Assembly (NCBI GenBank): GCA_013824115.1
Contig: PNNG01000027.1
Coordinates: 20,425-84,424, forward strand
Direction of reading: 5' to 3'
Source of the DNA: Sphingobacteriaceae bacterium
GTDB lineage: Bacteria; Bacteroidota; Bacteroidia; UBA7662
Length of the DNA stretch: 64,000 nucleotides
Shown here: positions 28,012 to 37,314 of the stretch, piece by piece
Position numbering within the stretch: the first letter of the stretch is position 1
How the letters are laid out: every line of letters starts with the position of its first letter
Notes under the pieces: generated by a model
Told to the model about the DNA's origin: nothing
Databases searched by the model: none
What the model saw: the letters and a program-made list of their open reading frames with translations, nothing else
Translations under genes and position numbers: made by a program

Positions 28012-29568
28012 TCACTCCACCACCAACTTCTGCGTCTCCACCTTACCGCCAGCATTCAGTTGTACGAGGTAAGTGCCCGAAGCCAACTGGCTGCTATTGA
28101 AAGGCACCAAATGCTGGCCGGGTTCGAATTTACCGGCACGCAGTTCAGCCACCTCGCGGCCGCGTAAATCAACCACCGAAAGACGGATGTCGGCCGTTTG
28201 GTTGAGCTGGAAACCGATGTTCAGCTCGCCACGGGCTGGGTTGGGATAAATGGGATACAATTTGGTTTGCAGCTTCAAAATGCCGGTTCTGTCCTCGGTG
28301 CTTAAGGCGATGTTTTCATCTCCAGCCTGGTAGGGCACATAACCAAAGTAGCAGAGGTACATTTCATCGGTGGTGCCTTCGCCCCAGGTAATTTGCTGAG
28401 GTGGGTTATTCGGGTTGTTCGGATTGCTGGCCCGGTTGTCGTAGGTGGCCTCGGCATATATCCACGTATTGGCGGGCAGGCGAATGAGGCGGGGGAAATA
28501 GTAAAATCCCTGCCAGTTGAAATCCCACTGCGGAATATTGATGAGGTTCACCGTATCGTTGCCCGGCCGCACGGCATATACTTTCCAATCGGTACCAATG
28601 AGGTGGCTGTGCGGAAAAATGCTGAGCAGCGATACCTCACTGGGTACCCTAAAACGGCCGCGGAAAGTGCGTACTTGATTGGCAGGAATCACAAAGGGAC
28701 CGTTCATCAAATTCAAAGGCGAAATCTCGGTAATTTGCTCCAACCTGGTCACTTGATTATTGCGGTCGTAGAAAATGTTGATGCTGCTCGAGTCGAGTTC
28801 AGGCAGCGACGAAGGAGCGTAGTGCATCTGCACCAGCACGTCGGCACCTGCAGGGAGCTGTTTGCCAATATTCGACGGAAAATACTTGGCAGCCGCACCT
28901 GGCGCCCAGCCGTACCAATTGTCTTCAGTAGGCGTAAAACCAAAGCCAAAAAACTGGGTGTAGCCGTAACCGGGGTCCAAACTATCGCGCTGGCGACCTT
29001 GACCGGTGAGGTCTATGCCCAAAATGGCATGGTGAACTACTTTTTTATTGCCGGCCCTGAATTCAATGGCCTTGATTTTTTTGGTTTCATTGAGGTTTGT
29101 GGGCAATACAAACACCCGGTACATATCGGTATTGTTGCCTTGGTGCAGGTACGATTGGGCCATCGAAATCACCGTATCGGGTTGCCCCAACTGCGAGCCG
29201 CTGGGGTAATTGGGCAGGGGAGGTTCGGCAGCAGGATTGCCCCGTTGGGCGCCTTGTTGCACCCAATCGACAATGGTTTGTACTTCTTGCTGGCTTAACA
29301 CACGCTCACCCAACAAATGGCTGTAGTTGGGGTCGGGCTGCCAAGGCGGCATATAGCGCGTTTGCACCGTAAACGAAATCATGCTCGCATAGGCCGATGC
29401 CTCCTGGTAATTGGTGAAGGGCATGGGGCCAATTTCACCAGGTCGGTGGCAGGGCGTACAATGCTGGTAAACGATGCTGGCTACTTGTCCGGCCCAAGTT
29501 ACCTGAGCTTGTATCTGGGTGAACAGGCCACTAAAAAGCAGTGCACCACAAAGCAGTAATTTCTTCAT
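28012..29568 (-). CDS. T9SS-tagged protein with a c-type heme motif and copper type II (PHM/DBH-like) monooxygenase domains
   Basis: Signal peptide, CTPCH, VVHHA, QMHY, FPHSH, DEM; C-terminal IYPNP...GTYLV...KLVVE. Confidence 0.8.
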   Translation of the reverse strand: MKKLLLCGALLFSGLFTQIQAQVTWAGQVASIVYQHCTPCHRPGEIGPMPFTNYQEASAYASMISFTVQTRYMPPWQPDPNYSHLLGERVLSQQEVQTIVDWVQQGAQRGNPAAEPPLPNYPSGSQLGQPDTVISMAQSYLHQGNNTDMYRVFVLPTNLNETKKIKAIEFRAGNKKVVHHAILGIDLTGQGRQRDSLDPGYGYTQFFGFGFTPTEDNWYGWAPGAAAKYFPSNIGKQLPAGADVLVQMHYAPSSLPELDSSSINIFYDRNNQVTRLEQITEISPLNLMNGPFVIPANQVRTFRGRFRVPSEVSLLSIFPHSHLIGTDWKVYAVRPGNDTVNLINIPQWDFNWQGFYYFPRLIRLPANTWIYAEATYDNRASNPNNPNNPPQQITWGEGTTDEMYLCYFGYVPYQAGDENIALSTEDRTGILKLQTKLYPIYPNPARGELNIGFQLNQTADIRLSVVDLRGREVAELRAGKFEPGQHLVPFNSSQLASGTYLVQLNAGGKVETQKLVVE

Positions 29569-29594
29569 ACAACGGCTTGAAAATCAAATATAAC

Positions 29595-30092
29595 TTACTG
29601 GGCGCTATTCAGCAAACAACCTACCGCGCGGGTTTCGGTGTAGGGGACTTCCACATTTCGTGAAAGTTTAAGCAATACCTCTTCCAATTCATTGGTGCTA
29701 GCCCTTGCCTTTCGTTTACCGGGGGCGGTGTAATGGTCGTCGATGCGGCCACGGTACTTCATGCGGCCTTTGTTGTCTTTCACCACCACCTCCGGAGTAA
29801 CTTCTACACCATACACTTTGCTGAAGACCAGTTTTTGGTCCATGCGGATTTGCATGGCCAAATCGTGTCGCAACAAAAAGTTAATGGCCGAGGTATCGCT
29901 CGACATCTTGTTAGGAAACACCGCCACCCAACGCACGTCATCGCCAAATTTGGCTTGTAAGTCACGCAATTTGGGGGTGTAGTACTGGCAAACCGGACAG
30001 CTTTCGGATAAGAACACAAAAACCGTGGTTTTTTGCGCCATTGCAGACGAAAAACCCAAAATCAGGAGCCATACGAACAGGTATTTCTTCAT
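29595..30092 (-). CDS. Exported redoxin (AhpC/TSA, thioredoxin-like)
   Basis: Signal peptide, CPVC, TPEV, YRGRIDD and C-terminal AVGC. Confidence 0.85.
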   Translation of the reverse strand: MKKYLFVWLLILGFSSAMAQKTTVFVFLSESCPVCQYYTPKLRDLQAKFGDDVRWVAVFPNKMSSDTSAINFLLRHDLAMQIRMDQKLVFSKVYGVEVTPEVVVKDNKGRMKYRGRIDDHYTAPGKRKARASTNELEEVLLKLSRNVEVPYTETRAVGCLLNSAQ

Positions 30093-30178
30093 GGTCGGTA
30101 AGCCGAAGTTAAGGTCTTTGGCAGTTGCTTGTTTGCCAACTTTGCGCTTTTCTCTAAAATTAATGAGCCTTTAATGCC

Positions 30179-30855
30179 TCAGTCGGCTTTCAGCCAAATT
30201 TCGGGATGTTCCCAAGGGCTTTCTATGGCCATTTGAATGGCTTCGGCTACTGCTTTAGGTTCAAGCACTCCAGGGCGTGGGCCTTGCGGTTGTTTGTTGT
30301 TGAAATAGGTATTCACCAATCCCGGATACAGGTTACAAACCGATATGTTGCTGCCTTCCAATTCTGCCTGCAAACTGCCAAACATGCCATCTTGCGCAAA
30401 TTTGGTAGCGCAATAGGCTGTTCCTCCTGCAAAGGTGCGGCGTCCGGCTTTACAAAAACGCCGGCGTTTTGGGCCTTGAAATGGGGGAGGACGGATTGGG
30501 TGAGTGCAAAGCCGGCAAAAACATTCAGCTGAAATAGCTCCATCATTTCCTTGACCGAAATGTTTTCCATTGGCCCAAATTTGCCCATGCCTGCGTTGTT
30601 CACCAGCACATCTATGCGTTCGAAATGGGCCACAATCTGTTTAATGACGGAGGAAAGATTTTCGGATTGGGTCAGGTCGACTTCTAGAATGAGGTACTGG
30701 CCTTGGGCTAATCCAGCATCTTTCACCAACTGCTGCATCTCACTGCCATTTCGGGCCAGCAAGGCCAATCGATAGCCCTTGGCACCCAACAAACGTACTG
30801 TGGCTGCACCAATGCCTCGGGAAGCACCACTAACAACAACTACTTCCGGTCTCAT
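30179..30855 (-). pseudogene. Frameshifted SDR family oxidoreductase
   Basis: GASRGIG and VNNAG are in one frame; AGRRTFAGGTAYCATKF...YPGLVNT continues in another frame from about 30449. Confidence 0.8.
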
Positions 30856-31331
30856 AGGCTAATTCCCCAACTGCTTGCGGTACTATTCACGTTTACCAAA
30901 ACGCCCGGTATACCCACGGCTGCAGCCGCTTCGATGTCGCGCTCGCGGTCACCCACCATCAGGCTTTGCTTGGGGTCGATGTGAAAGCGCGCCACGGCCT
31001 TTTCGAAGAACAACGAACCAGGCTTACGGCAAAGGCATTTTCCTTGGTCGGGATGGTGCCTGCAGAAATAAATTTCGGCAAATTCAACACCGGCCTCAGC
31101 GAAAATATTACGCATTTTCGACTCAATATGCGCATAAGTTTCGAGACTATACAGGCTCTTGCTGATGCCTGCCTGGTTGGTTACCACTACCAGCAAATAG
31201 CCTTTGGCGGTGGCTTCTTGCAAAAAGGAAATGATGCCAGGCAACAATTCAAAATCTTCGGGCGATGTGGTATAGTCGCCCGGGTCGTGGTTAATCACCC
31301 CATCGCGGTCGAGGAAAAGGGCTTTGTTCAT
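30852..31331 (-). CDS. gmhB: HAD-IIIA phosphatase, D-glycero-D-manno-heptose 1,7-bisphosphate phosphatase-like
   Basis: FLDRDGVIN, VTNQAG, CRHHP..CLCRKP and MVGDRERD. Confidence 0.82.
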   Translation of the reverse strand: MNKALFLDRDGVINHDPGDYTTSPEDFELLPGIISFLQEATAKGYLLVVVTNQAGISKSLYSLETYAHIESKMRNIFAEAGVEFAEIYFCRHHPDQGKCLCRKPGSLFFEKAVARFHIDPKQSLMVGDRERDIEAAAAVGIPGVLVNVNSTASSWGISL

Positions 31332-31365
31332 GCCACAATGTTAGGCACAAATGGTATTTTTGCGC

Positions 31366-32889
31366 ATGCAAAAAATCATCATCCTCGATTTTGGTTCGCA
31401 GTACACCCAACTCATCGCCCGACGCGTGCGTGAACAGCGGGTTTACTGCGAAATTCATCCCTTCAATAAAATTCCGGCCATTGGCAACGACGTAAAAGGT
31501 ATCATCCTTTCAGGTAGCCCCTTTAGTACACACGATGCCCAATCGCCCAACCCCAACCTCGAGGATTTGCTGCAGCGCCTGCCCGTTTTGGGCGTATGTT
31601 ATGGTGCACAATTGCTCACCAAACAGCATGGAGGCCGCGTAATGCCCAGCCAAATCCGCGAATACGGCAGGGCCAATCTTAGCACAGTGCACAACGATCC
31701 GCTCTTGAAAGGCATTTCAGCCGGCAGTCAGGTATGGATGTCACACGGCGATACCATAGAAGTACTGCCTGCGGGTGCCGCATTGCTTGCTAGTACCTCA
31801 GCAGTGACCAATGCCGCCTTCCGTTTTACCGATAAGCCGGTTTACGGCATTCAATTTCACCCCGAGGTAACACACAGTATCGACGGCAAAACCCTTATCC
31901 GCAATTTCCTCATCGATATTTGTGGGTGTGCAGCCGATTGGACGCCCGAAAGCTTCGTGGAAAGCACCGTGGCTGCCCTCAAAGCACAGCTGGGCAACGA
32001 CCAGGTGGTAATGGGCCTCAGCGGCGGGGTCGATAGCACTGTGGCTGCCGTGCTCATCAGCAAGGCCATTGGCACCAACCTGCACTGCATTTTTGTAGAC
32101 AATGGTTTGTTGCGCAAAAACGAGTTCGCCAAGGTCATCGATATCTACAAAGACCTGCACCTGAATGTAACCGGTGTAGATGCCCGCGATCATTTTTACG
32201 ACGCCCTCAAAGGCTTGTCGGAACCAGAAGCCAAGCGCAAGGCCATTGGTCGTGTGTTTATTGAGGTGTTCGACCGCGAGGCGCACCGCATTGAGAATGT
32301 AAGTTGGTTGGGTCAGGGTACCATTTATCCCGATGTGATTGAATCGGTTTCGGTGAAAGGCCCTTCGGTAACCATCAAATCGCACCACAACGTGGGTGGA
32401 TTGCCCGATAAAATGAAACTCAAGCTCGTGGAGCCGCTCAACACCCTCTTCAAAGACGAAGTACGCGAAGTAGGCAGGGCTTTGGGCATTCCAGAAGATA
32501 TTTTGGGTCGCCATCCGTTCCCGGGTCCTGGCTTAGGCATTCGCATTTTGGGTGAAATCACCCCCGAAAAGGTGCGCATGTTGCAAGAGGCCGACGACAT
32601 CTTCATTGAAAACTTGCGCGAAGCCGGTTTGTACAACCAGGTTTGGCAGGCAGGTACCATGTTTTTGCCCATCCAAAGTGTGGGCGTTATGGGCGATGAA
32701 CGCACCTACGAGCACGTGGTAGCCTTGCGTGCAGTGGAAAGTTTGGATGGTATGACGGCCGATTGGTGCCACTTACCGTACCCTTTCCTTGCCAAAGTGT
32801 CGAATGAAATCATCAACAAAGTCAAAGGAATAAACCGCGTAGTATATGACATCAGCTCCAAACCGCCTGCAACCATTGAGTGGGAATAA
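31366..32889 (+). CDS. guaA: GMP synthase (glutamine-hydrolysing)
   Basis: [41 protein letters not shown] and KPPATIEWE. Confidence 0.98.
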   Translation: MQKIIILDFGSQYTQLIARRVREQRVYCEIHPFNKIPAIGNDVKGIILSGSPFSTHDAQSPNPNLEDLLQRLPVLGVCYGAQLLTKQHGGRVMPSQIREYGRANLSTVHNDPLLKGISAGSQVWMSHGDTIEVLPAGAALLASTSAVTNAAFRFTDKPVYGIQFHPEVTHSIDGKTLIRNFLIDICGCAADWTPESFVESTVAALKAQLGNDQVVMGLSGGVDSTVAAVLISKAIGTNLHCIFVDNGLLRKNEFAKVIDIYKDLHLNVTGVDARDHFYDALKGLSEPEAKRKAIGRVFIEVFDREAHRIENVSWLGQGTIYPDVIESVSVKGPSVTIKSHHNVGGLPDKMKLKLVEPLNTLFKDEVREVGRALGIPEDILGRHPFPGPGLGIRILGEITPEKVRMLQEADDIFIENLREAGLYNQVWQAGTMFLPIQSVGVMGDERTYEHVVALRAVESLDGMTADWCHLPYPFLAKVSNEIINKVKGINRVVYDISSKPPATIEWE

Positions 32890-33013
32890 GCGTTTGTTGC
32901 TCTTGGTGCTGGCTTTGATGCTGGTAGCAGGAGCTTGCAAATCGAAAAAACAAGCTGCCCAACCGCACGTACCACCTACTACCGATCCATCGATGCACGA
33001 ACGTGCCCAATAA
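32846..33013 (+). CDS. Small putative lipoprotein (55 aa) overlapping the guaA 3' end
   Basis: [55 protein letters not shown]; lipobox-like AGAC; terminator immediately after. Confidence 0.55.
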   Translation: MTSAPNRLQPLSGNKRLLLLVLALMLVAGACKSKKQAAQPHVPPTTDPSMHERAQ

Positions 33014-33018
33014 TCACG

Positions 33019-33044
33019 AAGCCGGGGAAAACCTCCGGCTTTTT
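33019..33044 (+). terminator. Intrinsic terminator
   Basis: AAGCCGGGG-aaaa-CCTCCGGC-TTTTT. Confidence 0.75.
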
Positions 33045-33057
33045 ATTTAAAAAACAT

Positions 33058-34248
33058 ATGATAGCAGCCATTCGCATGAGTCAGGCCGTACAGGCGCTCG
33101 CCAAATACCCAACAGGAAAAGAACTTTCTGTTTTTTTGAAGGGATACTTCAAGCAGTTTCCCAAGATGGGCAGCCGCGATCGCCGCGAGGTAAGCCAGCT
33201 GGTTTATGGTGCTTTGCGCGTGAAAAATCTCTTTCCTTCAGCCAATACCGAACAGCGCATTTGGCTGGGTAGCTTGCTTTGCGAAGCCGAAACCAGTCCA
33301 TTTGCTACTCATTGGACACCTCATTTCACCCAAACCGACTGGCCTGGATCGCTTGATTTTGAACAAAAGTTGGCCTGGTTGAAAGAAAAAGGGTTTTCGG
33401 CTCAATGGGAAGGCTTTTTTCCCCATGCCGAGGCTATTAGCAGCGCGGTTGAATTGCAGTCGTTCTATGCAGCACACCTGGCAACACCGCTCACCTGGAT
33501 TCGTGTTCGCCAGAAGCACCTGCAGGCAACCATCAAGGAGCTCGAGCAAAAGGGACTCGCCTACGAGCAACACCCCGCACTACCCACGGCTTTGGCTTTG
33601 AAGGCCGGTGTGAAGCTCGACGCTTTGCAATGTTGGGCCCAGGGTTGGATTGAAGTACAGGATTTGGCCTCACAAATGACTGGCAGCCTCTTCCAACCCA
33701 AAGCAAACGAACGCTGGCTCGATGCCTGTGCGGGTGCGGGAGGAAAAAGTTTGCTGCTGCTTGATCTGCAACCCGATGCCAGTTTGTTTGTGACCGATGT
33801 ACGTGACGAAATTTTACAACGTTTACACGAGCGTTTCAAGCGTGCTGGCATTCGTTCTTATAGCCGGGCGGTGGTTGACCTCACACGCCCAGGCGTCCTG
33901 CAAGAAGCGGGCAGTTTCCCCAAACAATTCGATGCCATCATTGCCGATGTGCCCTGCTCGGGCTCAGGCACCTGGGCCAGTAGTCCCGAAATGCTCGAAA
34001 GCCAACGCCAACTCGATATTTCGAGCTTCACCGAACGTCAATATCAAATTGCAGCCAATTTGCTGCCCTCTGTCAAGTCGGGTGGAAGGTTGATTTACCT
34101 CACTTGCTCGGTTTACGCGGCCGAAAACGAAGAAGTGATAAGCCGCTTACTCAAGCATGATTCGCTAGAACTCGGACAGCAACAATACTTCCAATATTCA
34201 GAAGAGGGAGGTGATATACTGTTCGGTGCTGTGCTACTGAAACGTTGA
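33058..34248 (+). CDS. RsmB/NOP2 family m5C RNA methyltransferase
   Basis: EVQDLASQ, LDACAGAGGKS, DVPCSGSGTW and YLTCSV. Confidence 0.9.
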   Translation: MIAAIRMSQAVQALAKYPTGKELSVFLKGYFKQFPKMGSRDRREVSQLVYGALRVKNLFPSANTEQRIWLGSLLCEAETSPFATHWTPHFTQTDWPGSLDFEQKLAWLKEKGFSAQWEGFFPHAEAISSAVELQSFYAAHLATPLTWIRVRQKHLQATIKELEQKGLAYEQHPALPTALALKAGVKLDALQCWAQGWIEVQDLASQMTGSLFQPKANERWLDACAGAGGKSLLLLDLQPDASLFVTDVRDEILQRLHERFKRAGIRSYSRAVVDLTRPGVLQEAGSFPKQFDAIIADVPCSGSGTWASSPEMLESQRQLDISSFTERQYQIAANLLPSVKSGGRLIYLTCSVYAAENEEVISRLLKHDSLELGQQQYFQYSEEGGDILFGAVLLKR

Positions 34249-34251
34249 TAA

Positions 34252-35493
34252 TCAGGCGTACTGCTGCGATTTCTTCAAGGCATGCTCCAAGTCGGCCAAT
34301 AAGTCCGATTCGTGTTCAATGCCAATGGATAGCCGAACCAGGTTGTCGTGAATGCCGTAATGTGCCCGTACATTTTCGGGTACATTGCTGTGGGTGGTGG
34401 TAGCAGGATGGGTGGCCAGGCTTTCGGTGCCTCCCAAACTTACTGCCAAACGGACCAGCTTGAGCGCGTTCAAAAAGCGGAAGGCTGCTTCTTGCCCACC
34501 GCGAATTTCAATACCTATAGTAGCACCCGAACCGCTGCACTGCTTTTGATAAATATCGGTTTGGCGCTTGTAACCCGGATAGTGGATGGTTTCAACCGCA
34601 TGTTGCTTTTCAAAAAAGCCTAGCAAAGCCCGGGCATTGGCTTCGGCTGCACGCATGCGTAGTTCCAGCGTTTCGAGGCTGCGGGTGAGGAGCCAAGCGG
34701 TATGTGGACCGGCCATATTACCGAGGCTGTTGCGTACTTTTTTGATTTTTTGAAGGATGCTTTTGCTTCCCAAAGCGGCGCCGGCAAGTAAATCGCTGTG
34801 GCCGCCTATGTATTTGGTGCAGCTGTATACCACCACATCGGCTCCATGCTTCAAGGGTTGCTGAAAAATGGGACCCAAATAGGTGTTGTCGGCCACGACT
34901 ACTGCCGCGCCGCCTTGCGAGTGGATGTGGTTGCGGACCTGCTGCACTACTTCAAAATCGATGAGTGTATTGAGTGGATTGGAAGGTGTTTCCACATACA
35001 CCATGGCCATGCGTTCGTATTCGCCGTTTTTATCAAGGCGGTCGGCGATTTGTTCGAATGTTTCACCCGGACCAAATCCCATTAGCCGAACACCCCAATG
35101 GGCCAACATATCTCGGAAAAAGTGGTCGGTACCGCCATACAAGGGCTCAGTGTGCACAATGATGTCGCCGGGTTGCAGTAAAGCCAGGCAAGTGGCGCTG
35201 ATGGCTGCCATGCCACTTTCGAATAGCAAGCCCATTTCAGCTCCATCGTAAATGGTCAGTCTGTTTTCTGCCAATTGCAGATTGGGCGTATTTAAACGGC
35301 TGTATATGAATCCGCCAACACCTGGTTCTGGTGCTCGTTTGCCTTGTGAAATTTCAAAAAAGGCAGCTGCTTGTTCAGCCGACTCAAAAGTATAAGTAGA
35401 AGTATGGTGAAGGGGCATTTTTACCGCGCCATTGTAGTCGGCCGGATTGTAAAAACCATCAATAATGCCCGTTTGGGGATGTACATTTTCCAT
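34252..35493 (-). CDS. PLP-dependent trans-sulfuration enzyme (cystathionine gamma-synthase / methionine gamma-lyase family)
   Basis: YSRLNTP, SGMAAI, ETPSNP, DNTY, SCTKYIGGHSD and AVSLGGTESL. Confidence 0.9.
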   Translation of the reverse strand: MENVHPQTGIIDGFYNPADYNGAVKMPLHHTSTYTFESAEQAAAFFEISQGKRAPEPGVGGFIYSRLNTPNLQLAENRLTIYDGAEMGLLFESGMAAISATCLALLQPGDIIVHTEPLYGGTDHFFRDMLAHWGVRLMGFGPGETFEQIADRLDKNGEYERMAMVYVETPSNPLNTLIDFEVVQQVRNHIHSQGGAAVVVADNTYLGPIFQQPLKHGADVVVYSCTKYIGGHSDLLAGAALGSKSILQKIKKVRNSLGNMAGPHTAWLLTRSLETLELRMRAAEANARALLGFFEKQHAVETIHYPGYKRQTDIYQKQCSGSGATIGIEIRGGQEAAFRFLNALKLVRLAVSLGGTESLATHPATTTHSNVPENVRAHYGIHDNLVRLSIGIEHESDLLADLEHALKKSQQYA

Positions 35494-35518
35494 AGCCCCA
35501 AGTTAGATGTTTTAAAAA

Positions 35519-35543
35519 CACGGAGGGCACGGAGCACACGGAG
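35519..35543 (+). repeat. Triple CACGGAG short repeat, 9-bp period
   Basis: CACGGAG-gg-CACGGAG-ca-CACGGAG in a 53-bp intergenic gap. Confidence 0.7.
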
Positions 35544-35546
35544 AAT

Positions 35547-36008
35547 CTATGGCTTTTCGGTCCTTATTTTATCGAGCAAGTGGCTCAAATGACGCGCTTC
35601 TTCTGGGGTGAGATTGCCCAACTGATTATCCATTTCTTTGTCGAACACGCTCATTTGTTTCAACAAGCCATGCCCTTTTTCAGAAAGCAATACGTCAACC
35701 AGGCGCTTATCGTTCGGACAGGGTGTTTTTGTAACGAGCTCTTTGAGAACGAGGCGGTCGACCATGCGGCTCACATCCGACATTTTGTCGAGCATGCGGC
35801 TGCGGATTTCTAAGGTAGAGATGGGCTCAGGATAACTTCCTTTTAAAATCCTTAAAACATTGTATTGTTGGTGTGTAATGTCGTAAGGTTCGAGCATCTG
35901 TTTAAATCCTTCAGTCATCCAGTTACAGGTATAGATGATGTTCACGGCTGCCATTTGGTAGTCGTTGCGGAAGTCGCGGACCTGCTTGATATCTTCTTTG
36001 ATGCCCAT
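35547..36008 (-). CDS. MarR family transcriptional regulator
   Basis: ITHQQYNVLRILKG...SRMVDRLV...DKRLVDV; ATG at 36008. Confidence 0.92.
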   Translation of the reverse strand: MGIKEDIKQVRDFRNDYQMAAVNIIYTCNWMTEGFKQMLEPYDITHQQYNVLRILKGSYPEPISTLEIRSRMLDKMSDVSRMVDRLVLKELVTKTPCPNDKRLVDVLLSEKGHGLLKQMSVFDKEMDNQLGNLTPEEARHLSHLLDKIRTEKP

Positions 36009-36019
36009 AATGCAAAAAT

Positions 36020-36053
36020 AGCTACCCAGAAACATAAATGCTTCCGGGTAGCT
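36020..36053 (-). terminator. Hairpin/terminator after yceI
   Basis: AGCTACCC...GGGTAGCT stem followed on the minus strand by ATTTTT, which also belongs to the marR promoter. Confidence 0.55.
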
Positions 36054-36072
36054 GGTTATTTGATTGGCTGAA

Positions 36073-36690
36073 TTAGCCCTTTTTTACCATTTGGATGTTG
36101 CAGAGGATTTCTACTTCATCGCCTACTACAGCGCCACCGGCTTCGGTCACGGCGCTCCACTTCAAACCATAATCAAAACGCTTGATTTTGCCTTTGGCTT
36201 TGAAGCCAGCCTTTACGTTGCCATAAGGATCTTTTACGGTTCCGCCATAGGTAACTTCGAGGGTAACTGGCTTGGTCACGTCGCGGATGGTGAGGTTACC
36301 TTTTAATTCGTACTTGTTGCCAGAAACCTTCTTGAAAGAAGTGCTGGTGAAGTTCATTTTGGCGAATTTTTCAGCATTGAAGAAATCGTCGCTCTTCAAG
36401 TGGCCGTCACGCATTTCGTTGTCGGTATTGATGGTGGCAACATCTACGCTGAAGTTGATTTTAGCGTCGCTGAAATCTTCTTTGGTAGCGGTCATGCTGC
36501 CATCGAATAATTTGAAGGTGCCATCTACTTCTGAAATCACCAAGTGCGTTACGGTGAATTTCACGTTTGAGTGAACCGCATCAACGCCCCAAGTGCCGGC
36601 ATTGCTGGGCTTCGGATTGTTGGTTGCAGGTTTGAAAGAGAAGAGCACAGCAGCTACTGCCAATACTCCGAGTGTAAATACTTTTTTCAT
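36073..36690 (-). CDS. YceI family protein
   Basis: DAVHSNVKFTVTHLVIS, RDGHLKSDDFF and GNLTIRDVTK; signal peptide from ATG 36690. Confidence 0.92.
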   Translation of the reverse strand: MKKVFTLGVLAVAAVLFSFKPATNNPKPSNAGTWGVDAVHSNVKFTVTHLVISEVDGTFKLFDGSMTATKEDFSDAKINFSVDVATINTDNEMRDGHLKSDDFFNAEKFAKMNFTSTSFKKVSGNKYELKGNLTIRDVTKPVTLEVTYGGTVKDPYGNVKAGFKAKGKIKRFDYGLKWSAVTEAGGAVVGDEVEILCNIQMVKKG

Positions 36691-36817
36691 GAGGATGATT
36701 TTGTTAATGCAAACATAGTGGTTAAACATTGAAGTTCAAACATTGAAATGAAAATTCACAATTTTTTAATTTTTAAGCTTTTTGTTAAACCGAAGGAGGA
36801 TAAATTGATGCCTTGCG

Positions 36818-37294
36818 TTAGAAGTTCGCTGAGTGCCCTTTGTAGTTTCTCAGGTAAACCAGCAAGCGCGCTTCGGCGCACACTTCTCCAGATGTATTAA
36901 AGGCCTGTGCAGTCATCCACTTTTGAAAGCGGCCTTCTTTGGCCAAGGCCAATTCTGCCTCTTCTATCGATGCGTTGTCGATTTCGAAACGGATGCGCAG
37001 ACGGGTGGAGGCAGGTTTTTTATAGTCAATTTCAGCGCTTTTAAGCCAGGCTTCAAGCTTTTGGCCGCGCCAGGCGAAAATCTGCCAAAACAAAATGGCG
37101 AAAAAAGGGTCGAAAGCACTGAAAATGGTGCCTCCAAAAATGGTACGTTGCAAATTGCGGTTGAGCAGCGAGGGCTTTACGCTGACTTCACACCACCGAA
37201 AATCAGTTGCAACCTCTCGCAACCATACCCTGCTGAACAAAAGTGCCGGGAAGATGCGGAGCATCCATTTGACTTGCCACGATTTGAGTTTCAT
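36818..37294 (-). CDS. Hotdog-fold thioesterase-like protein (DUF4442/YiiD-like)
   Basis: NRNLQRTIFGGTIFSAFDP and WLKSAEIDYKKP. Confidence 0.8.
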   Translation of the reverse strand: MKLKSWQVKWMLRIFPALLFSRVWLREVATDFRWCEVSVKPSLLNRNLQRTIFGGTIFSAFDPFFAILFWQIFAWRGQKLEAWLKSAEIDYKKPASTRLRIRFEIDNASIEEAELALAKEGRFQKWMTAQAFNTSGEVCAEARLLVYLRNYKGHSANF

Positions 37295-37314
37295 GTCGCA
37301 AAGGTAGCTAATCT

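Noticed and set aside
28393..29298. 301-aa plus-strand ORF
   Set aside because: Entirely antisense to the motif-rich monooxygenase gene and has no recognisable motifs; a shadow ORF, like the other antisense ORFs over rnr, guaA, parB and the peptidases.
30430..30470. Programmed ribosomal frameshift in the SDR gene
   Set aside because: Conserved residues are missing at the junction, which indicates a deletion rather than recoding.
35494..35546. SAM riboswitch upstream of the trans-sulfuration gene
   Set aside because: The gap is only 53 bp and has no SAM-I/II consensus.
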